From: a virus
Lineage: Duplodnaviria > Caudoviricetes
DNA length: 64,000 bases
Reading direction: 5' to 3' (one strand)
IMG/VR virus record: IMGVR_UViG_2922715855_000002
Coordinates: 13,459 to 77,458 of that record
The notes under the pieces are model-generated. The model was given only the letters and a program-made list of their open reading frames with translations, was not told the DNA's origin and searched no databases. The translations under genes were made by a program, and so were the position numbers. Numbering within the stretch: the stretch's first letter is position 1; every line of letters begins with the position of its first letter. Below are positions 58,472 through 64,000 of this stretch, piece by piece.

Positions 58472-59479
58472 ATGAAATTAACCCCAAATCTTTCTTTGAA
58501 GAAGCCGGATGGCACAGAAACCGCAGATATCGATGTGCTTAATGGTAATGCAGATTCACTGGACGCGGCTATTGGTGGACCTCTAACTTCTTTAAAGACT
58601 ACAGATAAAAAAATTGTAGGAGCTATTAACGAGCTTTTTCAATCTGCCAGTGATATAAAGAGTAAGGTTGCCGATGCTGTCACTGGCAAGGGAGTTCCGG
58701 CAAGTATTAACGATACAGGTCAGCAATTAGCTGATAAAATCGGGCAGATCAAAACAGGTACCGATACCACGGACGCAACCGCAGTTGCCGCGGATATTCG
58801 ATCCGGAAAGACCGCGTATGGTAAGAACGCTAAAATTACAGGTACACAACCAGTTCAAGCAACCGCAGCGCAGACGATCACGCCAGGTAAAGCGGATATC
58901 GTTAAGGGCCCAGGTATCTATGATGGAGCGATAACCGTCAAAGGCGTACCAGTAGATGCATCCAAAGTTTTGGTTGGTACAACGATTGCAGAGACTGCGG
59001 GAACGCTTCCAAACCGAAGCGCAGAAAATCAACATATGCCCTCAACAGGTGGTACGGTTTGGGCGGGTGATCGACTATTTTTACAACCACCGCCAGGGTA
59101 TTATAACGGTTCAACATGGGTAACGGTTGCTGCGCCGGATGTGCGACCAGAACATATAAGGTCGGGTAAAAAAGTGTTGGATATGGCCGGGACGTTACAA
59201 CCTGGAAGGAACTTTAGATACTTAGAGTTCGGGGCGACAACAGGGGGCCAAGCCATTGAACTTGGGTGGGAGTGGCAAGCAATAATATTTACAATTGACG
59301 TTGACCCATCAAGAGGAATGGCCCTTATGAGACGACCATCAGATAATGCCGCATTGGAAATAAGTTCAGGCGGGAGGCATCTTCCGTATATAAGTCCCTT
59401 CGATATAACAGCAACAGGGTTCGGGATACAGTACTACGCAGAGGCAGTGAGAACAAGGGTCTATGTATACGGAAAATAA
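58472..59479 (+). CDS. Tail fibre protein
   Basis: LTPNLSLKKP..D..LNGNAD N-terminus; repeats shared with the prophage 1 fibre. Confidence 0.8.
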   Translation: MKLTPNLSLKKPDGTETADIDVLNGNADSLDAAIGGPLTSLKTTDKKIVGAINELFQSASDIKSKVADAVTGKGVPASINDTGQQLADKIGQIKTGTDTTDATAVAADIRSGKTAYGKNAKITGTQPVQATAAQTITPGKADIVKGPGIYDGAITVKGVPVDASKVLVGTTIAETAGTLPNRSAENQHMPSTGGTVWAGDRLFLQPPPGYYNGSTWVTVAAPDVRPEHIRSGKKVLDMAGTLQPGRNFRYLEFGATTGGQAIELGWEWQAIIFTIDVDPSRGMALMRRPSDNAALEISSGGRHLPYISPFDITATGFGIQYYAEAVRTRVYVYGK

Positions 59480-59494
59480 CAAGGAGGTTTAACC

Positions 59495-59764
59495 ATGGAA
59501 GAAACGTTGATTTTTTACGACACAACAGGATATATCATTTATCAAGCATTTGGTAACTTTAGGGAGCCTGTCGGTATTCCATTTTTGAAGGTATCTATAC
59601 CTGACGGGAAACGTGTATCAAAAGTAGACGTATCAGGAGAAACGCCAACGGCTGTATTCGAAGATTTGGCAAAGTCAGATATAGAACTTTTAAAAGTATC
59701 GAATGAAGAGTTGAAAAAGTCCATAGCTGAATTAACGATATTGATTGCAACGCCACAAATTTAA
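59495..59764 (+). CDS. Tail fibre chaperone (XkdW-like)
   Basis: Follows fibre; C-terminal coiled coil. Confidence 0.6.
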   Translation: MEETLIFYDTTGYIIYQAFGNFREPVGIPFLKVSIPDGKRVSKVDVSGETPTAVFEDLAKSDIELLKVSNEELKKSIAELTILIATPQI

Positions 59765-59783
59765 ATAATGGAGAATGATGAAG

Positions 59784-59924
59784 ATGACATTTACAAAAGA
59801 TAGCGGATTGGTAAAGGTTTGGGTTAGCTTGGTGATGGCAGGAACATATAAGCATGAGCAAGTGCCGCAGCTCTCTAATCTTAAGACAGTCGTTACAGAA
59901 GTTATCAACAGAACAGCAGCTTAA
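59784..59924 (+). CDS. 46-aa CD1375-like small protein
   Basis: MTFTKDSGLVKVWVSLVMAGTYKHEQVPQLSNLKTVV; not in ORF track. Confidence 0.7.
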   Translation: MTFTKDSGLVKVWVSLVMAGTYKHEQVPQLSNLKTVVTEVINRTAA

Positions 59925-59960
59925 GCGCCGCCGATATGGTAGGCGCTATTATTATGCCCT
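59923..59960. repeat. 38-bp element, copy 2 (identical to 18910-18947)
   Basis: Exact match. Confidence 0.95.
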
Positions 59961-60002
59961 TAGCATGCGCTAGGGGCTTTTTCATTAAAAGGAGGTCACG
60001 TT

Positions 60003-60431
60003 GTGGAACGTTTTGGAATGATTATAAAAAGTGCTATCGCTATTGGCGGTAGTGCATTAACTTGGGCTTATGGTGGATGGACGCAGACAATGGGTGTTCT
60101 TGTATTACTGGTGGTTGCAGACTATTTGTCTGGTATCGGAGCGGCAGCCGTTGAGAGTGAGAAGGAAGGCAAGAACGGTTTGTCTTCACGTGTTGGGTAC
60201 GTTGGAATTATCAAGAAGCTTGGTATTTTCCTGATTGTTGCCATGGCGCACCAATTAGATGGAATTCTAGGCGGTACAAACGCTTTGAGGGACGCAGCTA
60301 TCTTTTTCTATATGGCGAATGAATTGATTAGTGTTGTAGAGAATGCGGGGCGTATTGGCTTACCCCTGCCCCCTGCCGTTGTGAAAGTTATTGAAGTCTT
60401 GAAGAACAAGGGAGGAAATAACAATGAATAA
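60003..60431 (+). CDS. Holin (Phage_holin_4-like)
   Basis: VADYLSG, SSRVGYVGIIKK, ELISVVENAGRIGLP. Confidence 0.9.
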   Translation: MERFGMIIKSAIAIGGSALTWAYGGWTQTMGVLVLLVVADYLSGIGAAAVESEKEGKNGLSSRVGYVGIIKKLGIFLIVAMAHQLDGILGGTNALRDAAIFFYMANELISVVENAGRIGLPLPPAVVKVIEVLKNKGGNNNE

Positions 60432-61161
60432 AACGGTTGTGCTAGATGCCGGACATGGTGGTAAAGATGGCGGCGCGTGCGGTAACGGACTTAGAGAAAA
60501 GGATATTGCATTGAAAGTGGCTAATGAAATCGCTAAACGATTGAAAGCCGAATATGAAGGCGTTGAATGTATCCTAACACGTTCGACAGATGTTTTCTTG
60601 GAGTTGAAAGAACGTACAGATATGGCAAACAAAACAAAGGCAGATATGCTAGTTTCGATCCATTGTAACGCAGGTGGAGGTGCGGGTGGATTCGAGTCCT
60701 TCACATACAACGGAAGCACAAACGCAGCTACAGCAGCCTTCCAAAACGTGTTGCATGGCGAAATATATAGTCGGTTGAAAGGTTTTGGTGTCAATGATAG
60801 AGGACAAAAAAGAGCTAACCTTCATATGTGCCGTGAATCTAAGATGCCTGCCGTGTTGATAGAAAATCTATTCATTGATGTTGATAGTGACGCAAACAGA
60901 TTAAAACGTACAGAAGTGTTAGAAGCCATAATAAATGGTCATGTTGTTGGTATAGCTAAGTATCTAGGCTTGAAGACCAAGCAAACGGAGAAGCCTACCG
61001 ACGAGGTTTTAAACGTGTTTGTAGATGGTGTCAATGTTGGGCAAGGCGACAATTTAAAGGGCGTTACACGCGGGCCTGTTCGTGCATTAGCGCAGGCTTT
61101 AGGTGCACAAGTTATTTATGATGCTACGAATAAGCGTATTGACGTTATTTCCAAAAAATGA
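60424..61161 (+). CDS. Endolysin, Amidase_3 plus CuAO-N-like cell-binding domain
   Basis: LDAGHGGKDGGA, VSIHCNA, GFES, PAVLIENLF. Confidence 0.95.
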   Translation: MNKTVVLDAGHGGKDGGACGNGLREKDIALKVANEIAKRLKAEYEGVECILTRSTDVFLELKERTDMANKTKADMLVSIHCNAGGGAGGFESFTYNGSTNAATAAFQNVLHGEIYSRLKGFGVNDRGQKRANLHMCRESKMPAVLIENLFIDVDSDANRLKRTEVLEAIINGHVVGIAKYLGLKTKQTEKPTDEVLNVFVDGVNVGQGDNLKGVTRGPVRALAQALGAQVIYDATNKRIDVISKK

Positions 61162-61167
61162 TATATT
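61139..61167 (+). promoter_or_regulatory. SigA-type promoter for post-lysin sRNA
   Basis: TTGACG-17 nt-TATATT with TG extension. Confidence 0.7.
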
Positions 61168-61173
61168 ACCAAT

Positions 61174-61236
61174 AACAAATCCGAAAGAATCGGTAAAAGA
61201 ACCGCTAGGGGCAAATCCCTTGGCGGTTCTTTTTTT
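61174..61236 (+). ncRNA. Candidate ~60-nt sRNA, copy in prophage 2
   Basis: CAAAT-CCGA(AAGAA)TCGG-TAAAA plus 13-bp terminator; homologous to 24067-24129. Confidence 0.6.
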
Positions 61237-61248
61237 GTTTCCACGCTC

Positions 61249-61452
61249 TTATTTAAACAATTTGCGAATGAACTTGAACAAGTCGAAAGTTGTTCGATTG
61301 TATACCTTATTATATATGGCCTTCTTCGGGCTTCTTAGCGCGCCATATCCTCGCGGCATCTTAAGTCCTGCTCTATGTACAATCTGACGTTTAATACTTG
61401 TCCTCGCTGCAATCCTCTTTTTTAAACTCGGTTTACGCATACCGAACTTCAT
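61249..61452 (-). CDS. Very basic 67-aa phage protein
   Basis: GAGGTGG RBS; MKFGMRKPSLKKRIAART pattern familiar from Firmicutes prophages. Confidence 0.75.
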   Translation of the reverse strand: MKFGMRKPSLKKRIAARTSIKRQIVHRAGLKMPRGYGALRSPKKAIYNKVYNRTTFDLFKFIRKLFK

Positions 61453-61520
61453 TATAAGACCACCTCTTGACTTAATAACTTACCCTCATGTTTATTACTG
61501 TTTCAGCATGTAAAGGGATG

Positions 61521-62768
61521 TTATCTAATAGTATTTATGGCAATCTCTCTTTGAATTTTTACATCTTGAATAATTTTATAAACTGATATTATTTTTTCAA
61601 ACATAGACCAACAATTATATACATACTCAAGAATATATACTTCATCCGTTCCGTATTTAACCATATGTTCGTATGGTATGTACTCCCAATTCTCATGTCC
61701 TATTGCATTTCTTATTTTCCTTTCAAACTTAGGCATAAAAATATTGAAGCCTTCATTCAGTTCAACGAATTTCAATTTGTGCGCTTTAGATAATTTTTGA
61801 TATTTTGCTAGTGTATTGATTTCTTTACCATCAATCTTAATATCAGGCATCAGTGAGTGATTTCCTCTTTCTAGAATATTGTTTAACATCAAAAGCAATT
61901 GATACACTTCTATCAGATTCTCATATACAGTGATATAAATGTCTTTTACATCTAAGAAGTTGGTAGTCGTGAGGGTGTAGTCTTTATATATTTGATCTAT
62001 TTCTCCTTCAGGTAAATAATTAAGAAAAGTTGCAGGTATGAAGTAGTAATAGTTACTAAGAATGCTACTTATTGTTCTATATAATTTCTTGTCATTTCCT
62101 AGTAGCACCTCATTGCTGCATTGATCAATGAGGAATTTATTAAACTCTTCATATCGATTGGTTTTCATAAGATTCATTTTCTCTAATATTTGAGAATTGA
62201 ATTCTTCAAAATCACTATTATGAAAGAAAGTATTAAAGTAATTAATATTGTATGAATATAAATGTCTAATTATCTCTTCATTAGAAAAACTATCAGTAAC
62301 TTCTATATCGAGCTGTTTTGCAAGTTCTAAAGATAAATATTTTATATTATTATTCAAATACAATTCGTTGATTCTTTCAAAAATATGATTATGTTCTTTG
62401 TGTATATAGACGGCTCTCATAAAGCTTTCGTGAAAAGCGGCATACTTATCTAGTCCTATCATTTGAGTAGAACGTATAAAAGGAGTATAGCCGGGGATTA
62501 TGTTTTGTTGATTAGAAATTTTGAACGTAAGTAATTCTGATGAAGTTTCAGCATAATATTTCGGTGTGGTTCGTTTTACTGGGGTTGCATTCTTTGATTT
62601 AAGATCGATTGTGACTTCCTCATTGTTTGTATAAAGAGTAAATTTCAATACAGTAAGGCAATCTGGACAAACAATACTTACAGGCGCTTCATCAATATGT
62701 CCTACTTGCCACTTTAAATTTATTATTGCCTCACATACATCGCATTTTACTAGAATATTTGATACCAT
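61521..62768 (-). CDS. AT-rich Zn-ribbon plus HEPN-motif protein (candidate defence)
   Basis: CDVC...CPDC; RNAIGH (Rx4H); AAGGAG RBS before ATG 62768. Confidence 0.7.
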   Translation of the reverse strand: MVSNILVKCDVCEAIINLKWQVGHIDEAPVSIVCPDCLTVLKFTLYTNNEEVTIDLKSKNATPVKRTTPKYYAETSSELLTFKISNQQNIIPGYTPFIRSTQMIGLDKYAAFHESFMRAVYIHKEHNHIFERINELYLNNNIKYLSLELAKQLDIEVTDSFSNEEIIRHLYSYNINYFNTFFHNSDFEEFNSQILEKMNLMKTNRYEEFNKFLIDQCSNEVLLGNDKKLYRTISSILSNYYYFIPATFLNYLPEGEIDQIYKDYTLTTTNFLDVKDIYITVYENLIEVYQLLLMLNNILERGNHSLMPDIKIDGKEINTLAKYQKLSKAHKLKFVELNEGFNIFMPKFERKIRNAIGHENWEYIPYEHMVKYGTDEVYILEYVYNCWSMFEKIISVYKIIQDVKIQREIAINTIR

Positions 62769-62961
62769 AAGCAATCTCCTTTAATTCGATGTCCAATTAA
62801 GTTTTAAATAACGTTTGTGTATATCTTCCTAGCAGACTCACATTCCTCTACGATTACCCTTAATATCTTGCTCAGAACTTCGTAAATTACTTCACATGTT
62901 AAATTATTCGAGGATCTACTTACATATCCTGCCTGTAAACATGAATTATGTTTTATGGATA

Positions 62962-62991
62962 TTGATATGGGAACGTTTATTCGTATATAAT
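62962..62991 (+). promoter_or_regulatory. SOS-box promoter of yolD-like gene
   Basis: TTGATA...TATAAT with GGAACGTTTATTCG in the spacer. Confidence 0.65.
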
Positions 62992-63008
62992 GTGAGATAG
63001 TTATTATT

Positions 63009-63365
63009 ATGCAAATTTACTTGGAGGGAATTATAATAGGTAAGAAATTAGATGGTAACGGTTTATTCGAATCAAGTCGTTTTATTATGCCGCAGCACCG
63101 GGAAGCACTTAATGAACAGGCGAGGCAAAAACTATTAAATTCACGGCCTGAGCTTGACCCGCAGGAACTTGATATGATCGCTCAAGCAATCGATGATTCA
63201 TATTCAGAGGGAACGCAATTGGGTTTAGAATTATTCGATGAGTATAATAATATGGTTATTAATGGAGTCATAATTGGAGTGAATCAACAGCGTGGGATAG
63301 TACAGCTTGATATTAATGGAGAAATTAAGGATATAAAACTTAAAAACATTATAGGAGTGAAGTAA
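63009..63365 (+). CDS. yolD: YolD-like protein
   Basis: GNGLFESSRFIMPQHREAL...RPELDPQE. Confidence 0.85.
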   Translation: MQIYLEGIIIGKKLDGNGLFESSRFIMPQHREALNEQARQKLLNSRPELDPQELDMIAQAIDDSYSEGTQLGLELFDEYNNMVINGVIIGVNQQRGIVQLDINGEIKDIKLKNIIGVK

Positions 63366-63387
63366 CCCGGCTCAACCGGGTTTTTTT
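63364..63387 (+). terminator. Intrinsic terminator
   Basis: AACCCGG/CCGGGTT plus T-tract. Confidence 0.8.
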
Positions 63388-63399
63388 GTGCGGAAAAGT

Positions 63400-63561
63400 A
63401 TGTGTAAAAAATGTGTAAAATGATACGAACTTCTAACGTATTCTCAAAACGCGGTGTATAATATGAGAAAAAGCCGCGAACCCTTATATATCAAAGGTTC
63501 ACGGCTATTTATGTATACAATCAATCCTCATTATTATTGAATAGATGGCGTCCCAGAAGGG
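63400..63561. other. att-like junction: arm repeats, hairpin, and 16-bp tRNA-Arg 3'-end core
   Basis: ATGTGTAAAA x2 (63400, 63411); hairpin 63472-63506; 63546-63561 reverse complement = CCCTTCTGGGACGCCA. Confidence 0.7.
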
Positions 63562-63636
63562 CGTTGAAGACACTAGTGAGATTTTCACTTATAAAATAGA
63601 GACTACGAATGCATAAGCCTTTGTGGTTTTTCGCCC

Positions 63637-63680
63637 TTGAATACGAACATGTATTCCCGTATAATGGGAACAAAAGTTCT
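63637..63680 (+). promoter_or_regulatory. SOS promoter with two LexA boxes
   Basis: TTGAAT-17-TATAAT; CGAACATGTATTCC and GGAACAAAAGTTCT. Confidence 0.75.
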
Positions 63681-63742
63681 TATTTGGTGACGGAAGCTAA
63701 TTAAATCAAACGTGGAAAGCTCAACAACGGGAGGAGTCATAT

Positions 63743-64000
63743 ATGATTGAAGAGATACTAAAGCCATACATCGAGAATCGATGCAATGAGCTTGCAGATG
63801 ATTGTGACAACGAAGAAGATGAAAACTATAAAAAATTCATGTCACTATTAATAGAAGAGAATGTTTCAGGATCAACGCTATATGAGCTTGAGCACTTATA
63901 TAATAGCATCAAATATAAAGTGATAAAGGCGGTGTATCCAGTTGCTCTAAAAGACGGAATAATTATTAGCAATAAGATGATGGAATTTATGAAGAAATAA
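63743..64000 (+). CDS. Hypothetical SOS-regulated protein
   Basis: GGGAGGAG RBS. Confidence 0.65.
   Translation: MIEEILKPYIENRCNELADDCDNEEDENYKKFMSLLIEENVSGSTLYELEHLYNSIKYKVIKAVYPVALKDGIIISNKMMEFMKK

Larger units (their letters stand above)
26700..63561 (+). mobile_element. Prophage 2 (HK97-type head, contractile tail), near complete; boundaries uncertain
   Basis: int-repressor-cro-replication-ArpU-HNH-terminase-head-sheath-tube-TMP-baseplate-fibre-holin-amidase order. Confidence 0.9.

Noticed and set aside
56214-59479. Diversity-generating retroelement suggested by Mtd_N-like genes
   Set aside because: No reverse transcriptase and no TR/VR pair differing at adenines seen in the window
127-61387. 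Numerous short antisense or overlapping ORFs in the track (e.g. 127-513, 3322-3621, 40816-41316, 61103-61387)
   Set aside because: Shadow frames of well-supported genes with no RBS or family signal
62780-62960. Open minus-strand frame upstream of the HEPN-like gene
   Set aside because: No start codon or RBS
1-64000. CRISPR array, intact tRNA/rRNA genes, IS transposases, arbitrium genes
   Set aside because: No spaced repeat array, full cloverleaf, transposase or AimR/AimP-like pair recognised

Overview
The window is almost entirely temperate-phage DNA from a Firmicute, probably Paenibacillaceae (inferred from gene content and Gram-positive SOS boxes). It holds two unrelated prophages in tandem, possibly nested. 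Prophage 1 (about 1-26650, left part outside the window) is siphovirus-like: end of TerL, head, tail with a 1670-aa tape measure, receptor-binding cassette, lysis genes and a right-end accessory region. Prophage 2 (about 26700-63560) is nearly complete, with an HK97-type head and a contractile tail: integrase, immunity, replication, packaging, tail/baseplate, lysis and accessory genes. A 16-bp tRNA-Arg 3'-end att-like core lies at 63546-63561. Best-supported hidden features: (1) a 1366-nt group I intron (49426-50791) carrying a GIY-YIG homing endonuclease splits the prophage 2 tape-measure gene, and splicing restores a ~738-aa frame; (2) both prophages carry a homologous ~60-nt promoter-to-terminator small-RNA unit with compensatory stem changes right after their endolysin genes; (3) both share an identical 38-bp element after their tail-fibre modules; (4) the prophage 1 tail chaperone probably uses a +1 frameshift; (5) several AT-rich morons are candidate defence genes, including a Zn-ribbon/HEPN-motif protein. 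All protein family calls come from motif recognition and gene order, not database searches.
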